Positions 27,205-36,849 of a stretch of 64,000 nucleotides of DNA are shown piece after piece (position 1 is the stretch's first letter; the number at the start of each line of letters is the position of its first letter). Location: positions 17,011 to 81,010 of the forward strand of contig CAZDWZ010000008.1 of assembly GCA_964509425.1 (NCBI GenBank), written 5' to 3'. The notes under the pieces were generated by a model, which searched no databases, was not told the origin of the DNA, and saw only the letters and a list, made by a program, of their open reading frames with translations. The position numbers and the translations under genes are program-made. The DNA is from an uncultured Bdellovibrionales bacterium. Its GTDB lineage: Bacteria; Bdellovibrionota_C; UBA2361; SZUA-149; CAZDWZ01.

Positions 27205-30199
27205 GAAGAGATGCAGCAACCGCTGCATGCAGACCGACTCCTTGCCGGAGAATCGGTGTTATCGCGAAGAGGAGTGCCGTGCCCGAGACGATGAATTTCG
27301 TCCCCTTTTCCAACCCGCCCAAGAACGGGTACCAAATAAGCATCGTCGAGAAGAAGACCACCGCCGAGAGAAGGAAGAAGCCGGCCGTGCTCTCGTATGG
27401 AACGCGGATATAGGCTGCCTCCCGAGTCTGGTTCGCGTAAAGTTTTTGGAAGGAAAACCGGATTCCGTCGGCCGGGACGAGAATTCGGAACGGATGTCCC
27501 GCGTTTCCAGCGACCGGAGCCTGCACCGGAATATTGCCCGGGAGTGTGGAAGGACCTCTTCCATCCAAGCTTCGGAGATTGGACGACGGCACACCGTAGC
27601 GAAGCTCCGGCGGGAGATACACGTGCCAGAGCGAGTCAGTCACGACCATGTCCGGCCGAGGGAGTTCCGCCACGATGCTCCCGAAAATGCCCGCCTTCGG
27701 TCTTTCAGTTTGGTAGACGAGCTCGACCGGAAACGGTTGTGCGGAGTTGATGATTTTGATGAGAACTTCCGGATCCGAGGACGAAGCGGCGGGCTGAGCG
27801 AGCGCCGGCTTCTCTGCTTTGTTGTCGACTGCCGCGGACCAAACCTTCGAGCCTGCCGGAAGGTTGATTCGCAAGAACTGCTGGCGATTGTTTCTCACCA
27901 TGAACTTTGCTGTGGTCACGAGGAGCCCGTCGCTCGTGTAGAGCGTCGTGTATTGTGCCGAGTCGATCGCGGCTGATTGGACTTCCACTTCGTCGTGTCG
28001 GGTCAACTTCAGCGAGAGCTGCGGGGCAGGGTCGGACCGAACATAAGAAAACGCGAGGAGAATCGGATTTGTGGTCTTTAGAAGAAGCTGTTGCGGAAGC
28101 TCGGCCGGATCCACACCCGAGAGATTTGAAATATTCGAGGCCTGCACTTCCACCGCGCTCCTCGCTTCCACTGCAATCGTGCCCTGTTGGATCTCGGCGG
28201 CTCGCACGAGAGCGGTTGGTGTTTGAATGTCCGGTTCCTGAACTGGGAGGATCTTTTCGTAAGTCAGCTCGATACGAAACTGACCTTCCATTACTTGAGT
28301 GAATTGCACATCAACAATCTGTTTCTCACCTTCATTTGTCACTCGGTGAGTGCGGAGCGACGGTGCAGACAGTCCGAGAATATTGATGTTCCCGGGTAAC
28401 TCGATTTGCAGTTCTTCGATACCTCCGGTTTTTACATTGATCTCTAGATTAGCCGCCGCGGTGAGGGTGACATCGGAGAGAGAAACCAGCGTATGCACTA
28501 CGGCGTCGAACTTCCCGTCTTTCCGTTCAGGCTTCGTGATCTGGACGTTCAGAGCGGAAACGGTCTCCCCGTACTTGAACGTGTGAGAGATGGTCCGTTC
28601 TGTTTGGCTGCGAATCTCCGCCGGAAGCTGATTCTCGCCGACGCGAGTCAGGCCCGATTCGTCGACTGGTTTCAGACTGAGATCCCGCCCCGAGAGGAGC
28701 GCAACCATTCCGCGTTGGCGATGCACATTTTTTGCTCGAACGAGCGGCAGGGAAATAGACGCGTCCGCTTGAAGGGCGCCAAGCGACATATCGTAGTCCA
28801 CCACGAAGGAGACTGTCCCGCTTAGTTTTTGCTCGAAAAACACTTGAACGGTATTCGCTCCGGTTTCGGAATCGGAGCTCATCCGCCAATCGGCGAGCGG
28901 AAAGCCGGGCGCATTGATGCGATTGATCTGAATTCCTTTCGGCACTTCGAATTCGAGAAGGCTGGTCTCACCTCGGGTGATGTCGTAGCTCGCATTTGCT
29001 TGAACGTAGAGAACACCTTCCTCCGCATAGGCTGTGTGAATATAGGTCGCGTTCTCACGGACTTCTTCTTTGATTTCGTCGGGGACGGCCTCCGTCCACG
29101 TGAGTGTCAGCGCTTCACTCATCGGAGCGAAGATCGTTGCTGTCACGGCATCTTTCTCTTCGTGATAACTGACGTTTGTAAACGGCTCGACACTAAACTC
29201 TTTTCGCTCCGGCATGCGAAGGTCAAACCGGGAGATGGGAACAGCAGGGACGAAAAGCTCGACGCTCGGGGATCCGCTCTCGCGACCGATTGGCGTCTGA
29301 AACTCGACATTGATGATATGGCTTCCCTCTCCGCGAATCTTTGTCACGAAGCGATCGGCTTCAACCAGCAGGGAGGAGGATTTTTCATCGACTCGAATGT
29401 CACTGATTGTCGCGTTCTTCGGGAAAAGCGGAATGACCACGGATTCTTTGCCGAAGAGTTCGACACTTAACTTGCCAGTCCACGTGATGACTTCTTCATT
29501 TGGCTGGAGCACCCCCTTATATTCGGCCCGGCTCATCGCGAAGCCGCGATTAAGCGGTGTCTTCCAGCTGATCTGAAATCCAGACGAAGAGGGCACCGTT
29601 GAGACGATGCGAATTGACTCGCCGTCAATCGCGCTTATCGTCGTTCCGGCGGAGGGTAAAACTACCGGCTCGATCGCCGATTTCGGGATGTTGCCGTCGA
29701 CCGTAATCGACGCGGCTTGCGGAGTCGGAACGATGACCGTGTAACCGGTCTCGGAGCGAAGGGCGTCGACGCGGAATTCCGCCGTGAGCACGTAATTTCC
29801 AGCTTTATTCGTATTCCAAAAGACACCCTGCGGAGTTGAGGAGAGCTGCGCACTCGTCCCGTCTATCTCGGCGTGGACGACCGAAGTCCCGGCGGGGAGA
29901 ATAGGAACAGCCGTCCATTCGTTCTCGAACACTGCGAACTCCAGATTGAGAGAAAGTGTGGCGATTGCGGCGTCTCGGGATTCTTTGATATCGGCCTGGA
30001 TCGCAGCTTTCGCGAGAGCGTACGGTGTTGCGACTGGACGCTTCTCCGAACGTGGGTTCTGCGTGATTGCAATCAGCTTGTCGTAGTCCGAGCGTGGAAG
30101 TTTGACGGTTGAAACTTCCTCCGCGAGCACTTTAGATCCCACACAGTAGAAAAATACTGCAAAAAACAAAACGAACGCAGAAGCCGACCGGAACAACAT
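27122..30199 (-). CDS. Large secreted/envelope protein, beta-rich, with C-terminal membrane anchor helices
   Basis: Signal peptide MLFRSASAFVLFFAVFFYCVGSKVLA. About 900 aa of repetitive beta-strand-like sequence. Three C-terminal hydrophobic helices. It lies 31 nt downstream of the anti-sigma gene. Confidence 0.75.
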   Translation of the reverse strand: MLFRSASAFVLFFAVFFYCVGSKVLAEEVSTVKLPRSDYDKLIAITQNPRSEKRPVATPYALAKAAIQADIKESRDAAIATLSLNLEFAVFENEWTAVPILPAGTSVVHAEIDGTSAQLSSTPQGVFWNTNKAGNYVLTAEFRVDALRSETGYTVIVPTPQAASITVDGNIPKSAIEPVVLPSAGTTISAIDGESIRIVSTVPSSSGFQISWKTPLNRGFAMSRAEYKGVLQPNEEVITWTGKLSVELFGKESVVIPLFPKNATISDIRVDEKSSSLLVEADRFVTKIRGEGSHIINVEFQTPIGRESGSPSVELFVPAVPISRFDLRMPERKEFSVEPFTNVSYHEEKDAVTATIFAPMSEALTLTWTEAVPDEIKEEVRENATYIHTAYAEEGVLYVQANASYDITRGETSLLEFEVPKGIQINRINAPGFPLADWRMSSDSETGANTVQVFFEQKLSGTVSFVVDYDMSLGALQADASISLPLVRAKNVHRQRGMVALLSGRDLSLKPVDESGLTRVGENQLPAEIRSQTERTISHTFKYGETVSALNVQITKPERKDGKFDAVVHTLVSLSDVTLTAAANLEINVKTGGIEELQIELPGNINILGLSAPSLRTHRVTNEGEKQIVDVQFTQVMEGQFRIELTYEKILPVQEPDIQTPTALVRAAEIQQGTIAVEARSAVEVQASNISNLSGVDPAELPQQLLLKTTNPILLAFSYVRSDPAPQLSLKLTRHDEVEVQSAAIDSAQYTTLYTSDGLLVTTAKFMVRNNRQQFLRINLPAGSKVWSAAVDNKAEKPALAQPAASSSDPEVLIKIINSAQPFPVELVYQTERPKAGIFGSIVAELPRPDMVVTDSLWHVYLPPELRYGVPSSNLRSLDGRGPSTLPGNIPVQAPVAGNAGHPFRILVPADGIRFSFQKLYANQTREAAYIRVPYESTAGFFLLSAVVFFSTMLIWYPFLGGLEKGTKFIVSGTALLFAITPILRQGVGLHAAVAASLLTGVAVFLPMFLKRGAARRSKPETTQP

Positions 30200-30230
30200 A
30201 AGATCTCCTCTGATACTACTTACTTCTCTC

Positions 30231-33200
30231 TCAGAGCTCGGGTGGAAGGGGACTTATTTTCAGTTTCGAGGCGAGCGCGAGGGAGTTTCGGAGAAACTCT
30301 TTCGATTGCCCGTCCGTCAACTTCAAACCCCGAAGCACGGCGGAGTACTCTGTAAGAAGGTTTTGATCTCTTTTGAAATCCTCGTCACGAGTGAGTCCAG
30401 GGAAGCGCGACTCGAGTCCAAGGACGAGTGTCTTGAAGGCTTCAATGCGGGCGGCAGCGCTTTCGGCGTCGCCGCTCGATACGGCTTCGGATGCGGCGAA
30501 AAGCACCCGCGACAACTCGAACGACAATCGGTTCTTGATGACATTAAGCTCGAGACGTCCAAAGGCGTTATTCGCATCCGGAACACTGAGAACGGTGTTC
30601 GATGTTCCGTTTCGGAGATAAATGAGATCTTTGTATTTTAAGCTTGCCGCCGCGATCCGACCCGGACCATTCGCCACGACGTCCAGCAATATGACGTGAG
30701 TGTCACCGGCGCGGAAGCTCGGGATGAGAACCTGTATCCCGTCGTCGTCGGTGTCTCTATCAGCCACGATACCAAGATCTTTCTGGACTCTCTGATCGAT
30801 ACTTTGCTCAACTTCCTTTGCTGCGTCTACTTGTTTGGAAGTGAGCTTCGAAGATCCGAGAACCTGAACCAGCTTTACTCCCGGGGCCAACTTGATATTC
30901 AGTCGCAGAGCGCGTGCTACCGTCGAGCTCACGACTGCGATTTCTTTCTTCACAATCTCCGCCGCCTCACCGACGTTCGAGATTGTTCGGCGGGTTCCCT
31001 GTCCAGCAAGAGCCAGTCGATCGTGATTCTTGCCGGTAGCAGTTGTTCCGATTCCAATGACACTCACCGGAATGCCATCAACCGAGCTCCTATGCGCGAC
31101 TTTCTCTAAAGCTTCGATGTCGGCCGTGAGAGCGCCGGGAGCGAGGAGTAGCACTTCGTTGCTTCCAAGAATATTGTCGGTTTCATCCGGCTCGCTCACT
31201 CGGGCGACCGCGCTTTCTACCGCATCGCTCAGTGACGGGACGGTGCCTGCTCCGTTGGTCTGTTGTGCGATATTCTGGAGAGCAACCGTGAGCTGCCCGT
31301 GGAGAAACTGCTCGGGTTTAAGATACGTCGTCGATGCCGGACCAACCAATGTCACTGAGAATCGGTCGCCGATTTCCTTGGCGCGCTGAAAGGCGAGTAA
31401 AACCTCTCGCACCAGAGACCGCTCTTCCACTGGAGCTCGAGAGTCTCTCAAGTCAGCGACAATGGCGATGTTCATTGGAGGCCGACGGGTCCCCCGCTGC
31501 TCTGCGCCCTGGATTCCGATCTGAACTAGGCTTCGAGTTGGAGCGGATATGGATGGTGCGCTGCTACTGACATAAAGAGAGAGCGCCGAGTCCCTGGGAG
31601 CGTCATACGGCTGCCAGTCTTTCCTCGCGGCGTCGTGCAGCCGAAGGGGTGTCGAAGAAAGCGCATTGAGAAAGCTTCGATCGGCGCCCTGCAAGAGCAG
31701 CTGAAGTCGGCGCAGTCCAGCGTCACCGGGAATATACGTGTTCTCCCAATACCCTCGAGCTTCCTGGAACGAGACTCCGTCTACCTGCGTAAGCTGTTTT
31801 AGGAAGCTCTCTACCGCGGTGGTTTGTGCAGGTGATGTTTGTGGAACGAGCGATGAGAGATCAGATGATTTGCTGAAAACCGCCGAGAGGTTTTTGCCCG
31901 CGTTGACGCTTACGACCGGGACCAGCTTTTCGTAACGATTCAATAGTTGCGCTGAGAGCTGATTTGAAGCTGCGACAAGTGCTGAAGCATCGGGCGACAA
32001 ATTTTCGGTCGCTGCCGATTCCTCACCCAGAGCCATGCGGCGTTGCAGATCTCCAGTGGAGGCGATGAGCCTTCCCAGCTTATCCTCCAGCTTGCCGGGA
32101 GTGCCACGAATGCCGTCCTCGCCGACAATCCATCCGTCGATGTCGACGACTTTCCGTGATCCATCCGCTTGTCGAATCGCGAGCTTCGTGAGGCGGAAGA
32201 GAGCGCGTGAATCAGACTCGGACCCTTGTGCCGCCGCGATGAGCCGTGCGTCTTTTAACTCGATCTGTTCGCCATTTGCGCCAGTGATTGGGCCGTCCAA
32301 CTTAAACACCACCGGATACGGAGTCCCGTCAACCGGCGCATTTACCCCCGTGAGCAGCGTAACCGATACTGCGTCTCCGGGCGTTATCACTCGAGGGCTT
32401 GCGGGGGCTGTCGAAGTTCTGGAAGGCGCGGGTGTGTTCCGGCGCTTCAGGTTCGTCTTCTGACCAGCGCTTTCGGCCGGTGCATCCTCGAGTGAATCCT
32501 TCGCCTCGGGAATGGCGTCTCGATCAGCGCCTTCCGCGAATTCAATGATCCCGCTGTTCGACTCCTCGGTTGCGAATTTTCCGGTCGCAATAACTCGTTC
32601 GTCCACGTCGCTGTCCCGGAGGAAGCGTGCCGGAGGAGGAGAAAGAGGAGGAGAAGGAGGAGGAGGAGGGAGAGACGCCTCGTCGTTGTATCCGAATGCA
32701 TCGAGAGTATCCGGCCCGTTTAAGGCGCGCGATTGCTCGAGTGCCGTAGCTTCTGGCTGCTGTTTGAGTGACGCGGCGAGGCTATCGACTTCGGTTTGAA
32801 CGTTATCAAATTTGTTCACGACGGATTCGAGAACCGCGGCGACTTTTGTCTTATGATCCTTTAGCTCCTCCGATGTTTTTGCTGCAAGCTCGTTCATCTC
32901 GCCTGACTTCTGCCGTTCGGCGTCTATTTCTTGCTTAAAGGCTTGGATAAGATCGGCGTATTGCTCCCCAGCCGGAGCAACCGCTGCCTGCTGTCGTGAA
33001 CGGACCGGCATCCAGTCCTTTGAGCGTTGAGCAGTGACGAGAACCATCGCCATGGTTCCCACAGCGATAATTCGGAGAGGGGTGAAGAGCTGCTGAATAT
33101 TTTCGCGATCAGGAAGCTTCTCAAATCCACGTTTCAGGATCGCCGGAAGATTCCGAAGGTTCAGTCCATCGAGCTGCCGTCGGTTTACGATATCGACCGC

Positions 33201-33431
33201 TTGGTTTGCCGGAGTGTTTTCCACTTTTGTGAGGAGGCTCTCGACTACGCGTTCATCGACGTCGTGTTCCGGGAGCGATCGAAGCAGCGGATCGAGTTGC
33301 TCGAGGGCTTCGAGAAACGCAAAGCACTGTTGGCATTCCGCACAATGGGTTTGGAGTGTTTCATCTTTTGCCAAGATGTCCGTCCCGAATCGGGAGAGCC
33401 GTTCTTGAAGAGAGGCGCAGAGAGGTTTCAT
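30231..33431 (-). CDS. Giant transmembrane anti-sigma factor: ZAS zinc finger, TM, coiled coil, Pro-rich linker, TraB/VirB10-like segment, degenerate vWA domain
   Basis: HCAECQQC (HxxxCxxC) lies near the N-terminus, and the TM helix is LRIIAVGTMAMVLVTA. The PPPPPSPPLSPPP linker and the GDAVSVTLLTGVNAP...GWIVGEDGIRGTPGKL segment follow. The vWA-like core is MNIAIVADLRDS. The start ATG at 33431 overlaps the sigma stop (ATGA); the ORF opens at 33638. Confidence 0.8.
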   Translation of the reverse strand: MKPLCASLQERLSRFGTDILAKDETLQTHCAECQQCFAFLEALEQLDPLLRSLPEHDVDERVVESLLTKVENTPANQAVDIVNRRQLDGLNLRNLPAILKRGFEKLPDRENIQQLFTPLRIIAVGTMAMVLVTAQRSKDWMPVRSRQQAAVAPAGEQYADLIQAFKQEIDAERQKSGEMNELAAKTSEELKDHKTKVAAVLESVVNKFDNVQTEVDSLAASLKQQPEATALEQSRALNGPDTLDAFGYNDEASLPPPPPSPPLSPPPARFLRDSDVDERVIATGKFATEESNSGIIEFAEGADRDAIPEAKDSLEDAPAESAGQKTNLKRRNTPAPSRTSTAPASPRVITPGDAVSVTLLTGVNAPVDGTPYPVVFKLDGPITGANGEQIELKDARLIAAAQGSESDSRALFRLTKLAIRQADGSRKVVDIDGWIVGEDGIRGTPGKLEDKLGRLIASTGDLQRRMALGEESAATENLSPDASALVAASNQLSAQLLNRYEKLVPVVSVNAGKNLSAVFSKSSDLSSLVPQTSPAQTTAVESFLKQLTQVDGVSFQEARGYWENTYIPGDAGLRRLQLLLQGADRSFLNALSSTPLRLHDAARKDWQPYDAPRDSALSLYVSSSAPSISAPTRSLVQIGIQGAEQRGTRRPPMNIAIVADLRDSRAPVEERSLVREVLLAFQRAKEIGDRFSVTLVGPASTTYLKPEQFLHGQLTVALQNIAQQTNGAGTVPSLSDAVESAVARVSEPDETDNILGSNEVLLLAPGALTADIEALEKVAHRSSVDGIPVSVIGIGTTATGKNHDRLALAGQGTRRTISNVGEAAEIVKKEIAVVSSTVARALRLNIKLAPGVKLVQVLGSSKLTSKQVDAAKEVEQSIDQRVQKDLGIVADRDTDDDGIQVLIPSFRAGDTHVILLDVVANGPGRIAAASLKYKDLIYLRNGTSNTVLSVPDANNAFGRLELNVIKNRLSFELSRVLFAASEAVSSGDAESAAARIEAFKTLVLGLESRFPGLTRDEDFKRDQNLLTEYSAVLRGLKLTDGQSKEFLRNSLALASKLKISPLPPEL

Positions 33432-34042
33432 TCCATCACCTCCTTTCTCGCGCGATCGTTCCGTTCGGCGAGTTGCTTCGCAAGGCTCGCACGTGCTCGA
33501 CTGAGATGAGTTTTTACGGTGTTTACGGGAAGGTCGAGAATTTTCCCGATATCTTTTTGGTTGAGATTTGAAAAACTGCTGAGTGTCACGATCTCGCGTT
33601 GAGTGAAGGGCAGGCGGCGAATTGCGGCTTCCAGCCATTCGAGCGTTTCTTTCGCCCCTGCCTGGCTCTCAGCGTCGGGGGAATTATCTCGTTCTGATTC
33701 GGTGAGGCCCGGTGTGATGATTTCTCGAACTCGGCTTCTCCGGTAGTGGGTGCGCACCGTGTTCGCGACGATGGTGAAGAACCAAGGTTCGAGCGGCTTC
33801 TCCGGCAGATATGTTTGAGCGTTGCAATGCACCTTGAGAAAAACCTCCTGAAAGACGTCATCTCTTGCACCCTCGTCCACTCCGCAGCGGACGATGTACG
33901 AGTAGACTTGCGAGCGAAAGAGCGAGACGAGCTCCGAGAATGCCGACGGATCGCCATCTCGGTGCCGCACTAAAAGATTGCGGCGTTCGAGCAGCACTAT
34001 GGTGTTGGCATTCGTGCCTTTCGGAACCGGCGTCTCACTCAT
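33428..34042 (-). CDS. ECF (sigma-70 family group 4) RNA polymerase sigma factor
   Basis: Region 2 DDVFQEVFLKV...PWFFTIVANTVRTHYRR. Region 4 REIVTLSSFSNLNQKDIGKILDLPVNTVKTHLSRAR. Confidence 0.9.
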   Translation of the reverse strand: MSETPVPKGTNANTIVLLERRNLLVRHRDGDPSAFSELVSLFRSQVYSYIVRCGVDEGARDDVFQEVFLKVHCNAQTYLPEKPLEPWFFTIVANTVRTHYRRSRVREIITPGLTESERDNSPDAESQAGAKETLEWLEAAIRRLPFTQREIVTLSSFSNLNQKDIGKILDLPVNTVKTHLSRARASLAKQLAERNDRARKEVME

Positions 34043-34274
34043 TAAAACCTCGCAAGAGCTCTACCGCCTGCGAAAAACTGCCCCCGGTTCGCGAGGAGTC
34101 CTTCGCATCACAAGAAGAGCTACGCCTGAGACCCCGGAGAGGTTTCAGATCAGGAAGATTTTTTTCGGAAGAATCCAACGAAGCGGGAATCATCCGTGAA
34201 TTCAGATGGTTGGAGGAGGGAGGGCGGTTCCAGAAAGGCGGCAAAACCGCTGTAATCGCCTATCCGAGGCCGTC

Positions 34275-34769
34275 TTATTCGGGCACATCGTGGAACTGCA
34301 CGCTGCCTGATATGAGGTCCAAGGAGGCAAACCCATACAGGCTCGCTTGATAGAGCGCTCCAGGGTTTACCACCCTCGTCCGGCCGATTCGTTCGTCTCT
34401 CCGCCGGTGAGTGTGCCCATGGAAGACATAGTCATACACTTGGGAATCGATGACCGCGTCGAGAAAACTGGGCCGTGTTCCGTGATTCACGTAAATGTCC
34501 TTGTCGTCGAGGCAAAGAATCAGCTCGTCTTCTATCTTCCCAAAGCCAAGCGCTTCACATTTTTTCACGAGTCCCTCACGCTCTCCATCGTTGTTCCCGA
34601 AAACAAAACGCATCGGCAGTCCGGCAAACTCCTGAACGGTCGGCGGGGAGATGATGTCACCGCAGTGAATGACGAGATCGGGCCGGAGTGCGGCGATCAT
34701 GGGAACGGCCTTCCGGATGAGCGGAAGGTTTTCATGCGTGTCTGAGACGAGACAGATTTTCACCGGCAC
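34275..34769 (-). CDS. YfcE/MJ0936-type metallophosphoesterase
   Basis: Motifs VSDTHEN, HCGDI, GNNDG and HGHTH in canonical order. 164 aa. Confidence 0.85.
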   Translation of the reverse strand: MPVKICLVSDTHENLPLIRKAVPMIAALRPDLVIHCGDIISPPTVQEFAGLPMRFVFGNNDGEREGLVKKCEALGFGKIEDELILCLDDKDIYVNHGTRPSFLDAVIDSQVYDYVFHGHTHRRRDERIGRTRVVNPGALYQASLYGFASLDLISGSVQFHDVPE

Positions 34770-35593
34770 TAGACCGAAGCAAGCGAATGAACGTATTTCC
34801 CGATCAGAGATGGAATATTTCCGGTTTTTGCCGTCCGAATCTTTTCAACGACGGCGCTTCCCACGATGGCAATCTCGGCGAACTCACCGCATTGCTTGAT
34901 CTGCTCGCGAGACGAGATACCGAAACCGAGCGCGAGGGGCTGTGCGAATGATTTGCGGATGCGTCGCATGTAGTCCGCCGTGTCTTTGGGGAGCGCCTTT
35001 CTGACACCGGTCGTGCCTGTGGTCGTGACGCAGTAGATGAAGCCGCCCGAGACCGTGCGCTTTATTGACTGAAGACGGCTCGGAGTGCTGACGGGGGTGA
35101 CGATGGGAATCGCCGCAAGTTTTGCATCTCGTGCAACATCCCAATATTCACTGCGCAGCTCGACCGGAACATCGGGAACGATGAGCCCCTGCACTCCTGC
35201 CGAGGCCGCGTCTTTGCAGAACGCCACGCAGTTCGGAGCTTTCCCCGCCTTATACTGATACAGAATGTTGTAATAGCTCATGAAGAGCAGGGGCACGCCG
35301 GTCTTCGATGCCAGTTTCTCGGCGGCTTTCATACATTCAGAAACCTTCAATCCCTTAGCCAACGCCGCCTCGTTCGCGGCCATGATGGTCGGCCCATCCG
35401 CCATCGGATCGGAGAACGGAATTTGAAGCTCGATAATTTTAGCGCCGGAGTCAGCCATCGCGAGGACTATATCAATACTCGCCTTCAGGCTCGGGTATCC
35501 CAGAACAACGTGCGTCATGAGCGCCGGGAATGGCCGTCGGGACTTCGCTCTGGTCTCGGTGATGGAAGAGAGTGTCTGTTCAAGCCGGTTCAT
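34769..35593 (-). CDS. trpA: Tryptophan synthase alpha chain
   Basis: ELQIPFSDPMADGPTIMAA, later GFGIS. Overlaps the trpB stop by 4 nt. Confidence 0.93.
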   Translation of the reverse strand: MNRLEQTLSSITETRAKSRRPFPALMTHVVLGYPSLKASIDIVLAMADSGAKIIELQIPFSDPMADGPTIMAANEAALAKGLKVSECMKAAEKLASKTGVPLLFMSYYNILYQYKAGKAPNCVAFCKDAASAGVQGLIVPDVPVELRSEYWDVARDAKLAAIPIVTPVSTPSRLQSIKRTVSGGFIYCVTTTGTTGVRKALPKDTADYMRRIRKSFAQPLALGFGISSREQIKQCGEFAEIAIVGSAVVEKIRTAKTGNIPSLIGKYVHSLASV

Positions 35594-36840
35594 GAAGATT
35601 CATCCCAAGACTCAGCATATCGATCGAGGAACGTACGAAACTCCTTATCTTTCGTTGCCTTTGCAAGAATGAAGAGATCCTTTTCTGCACGTCCGGAAAT
35701 ATTGACGACGATGACCTTCGAGCGAGGAAGTGTGGGGGCGAGTCGGATGGCTTCCGCCACAGCATGGCTCGACTCCAGTGACGGGAGGACACCCTCACAT
35801 CTGGCGAGTAGCCGCAGGGCCGCGATGACGTCTTTGTCGAGAGCGTAACGGTAGGTGACCCGTCCCAATTCTCTTAGACGCGCATGAAGCGGTCCGATTC
35901 CGGCGTAGTCGAGACCGGCTGAAATACTGTGGGTGTTCTCGATCTGTCCGTCGCTGTTTTGGAGCCAGAATGACTTATACCCCTCAACAACTCCGATGGA
36001 GCCGCCCTGAAAACGAGCCGCGTGTTTTCCCTTTCGAATGCCTTCACCGCCCGCTTCAACGCCGATCAGCTGCACCTTCTTTTCGGTGAGAAACGCGTCG
36101 AATGCTCCAAGCGCGTTGCTTCCACCGCCGACACAGGCAACGACATAGTCGGGCAGTTTTCCACATTGAGCTTTGATCTGGGCTTTGATCTCTCTTCCGA
36201 CGACTGCTTGAAAGAAGCGATTCATTTCCGGGAAGGGATGTGGACCGAGGCACGAGCCGAGCAGATAATGGGACGTTGAGACGTTTGTGATCCAATCCTT
36301 GAGCGCGGCGTTCACGGCGTCTTTAAGGCGCTTTCCTCCAAAGTGAACTGCCGTCACCTTCGCTCCGAGCTGTTCCATCCAGAAGACATTCGGCCTCTGT
36401 CTCGCAACATCGACCGCGCCCATGTAGACGTTACAATCAAGCCCGAACTTCGCGCATACGGAAGCGGAGGCCACTCCGTGCTGTCCCGCGCCGGTCTCGG
36501 CAATGATTCTTTTCTTCCCCATCCGGCGTGCGAGCAGCGCCTGGCCGAGACAATGGTTGATCTTGTGAGCCCCGGTCTGCGCGGCGCCTTCGTTCTTGAT
36601 GTAGATTTTGGCGCCCTTCAGGTGCTTCGTCAGGTTGTCGCAGAAGAGGAGTGGTGTTGGTCTGCCGGTGTAAGTCTCTTCAAAGTGCTTAAGCTCTTTA
36701 AGGAATGAAGCATCGTTCCGTGCGTCCTCGAAGCAAGCCGACAGCTCTTCGAGGGCGGGCATGAGCACCTCCGGAGCGTATTGTCCGCCGAAGGAACCGT
36801 AGTATCCGTTTTTATCGACCGTGAAGTTTTTGCTCTGCAC
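35590..36840 (-). CDS. trpB: Tryptophan synthase beta chain
   Basis: GSFGGQYAPE, HTGAHKINH-like GAAQTGAHKINHCLGQ (PLP lysine), GGGSNALG. Confidence 0.95.
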   Translation of the reverse strand: MQSKNFTVDKNGYYGSFGGQYAPEVLMPALEELSACFEDARNDASFLKELKHFEETYTGRPTPLLFCDNLTKHLKGAKIYIKNEGAAQTGAHKINHCLGQALLARRMGKKRIIAETGAGQHGVASASVCAKFGLDCNVYMGAVDVARQRPNVFWMEQLGAKVTAVHFGGKRLKDAVNAALKDWITNVSTSHYLLGSCLGPHPFPEMNRFFQAVVGREIKAQIKAQCGKLPDYVVACVGGGSNALGAFDAFLTEKKVQLIGVEAGGEGIRKGKHAARFQGGSIGVVEGYKSFWLQNSDGQIENTHSISAGLDYAGIGPLHARLRELGRVTYRYALDKDVIAALRLLARCEGVLPSLESSHAVAEAIRLAPTLPRSKVIVVNISGRAEKDLFILAKATKDKEFRTFLDRYAESWDESS

Positions 36841-36849
36841 GAAAAGGTC

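Noticed and set aside
33432-33638. N-terminal extensions of several ORFs: anti-sigma from 33638, trpC from 37857, DUF58 from 16440, vWA from 19249, WG-M48 from 2801 and PBP from 47141
   Set aside because: The extensions overlap the preceding gene or lack family-like sequence. Internal ATGs give ATGA/4-nt coupling or a proper signal peptide or family N-terminus, so the shorter starts were preferred.
34202-34231. Candidate autoregulated ECF promoter GGAAC-N20-TCTGA (minus strand) upstream of the sigma gene
   Set aside because: The spacing between the elements is about 2 nt longer than in RpoE-type GGAACTT-N16-TCTGA promoters, and the site is about 160 nt from the start codon. It is suggestive only and was not reported as a feature.
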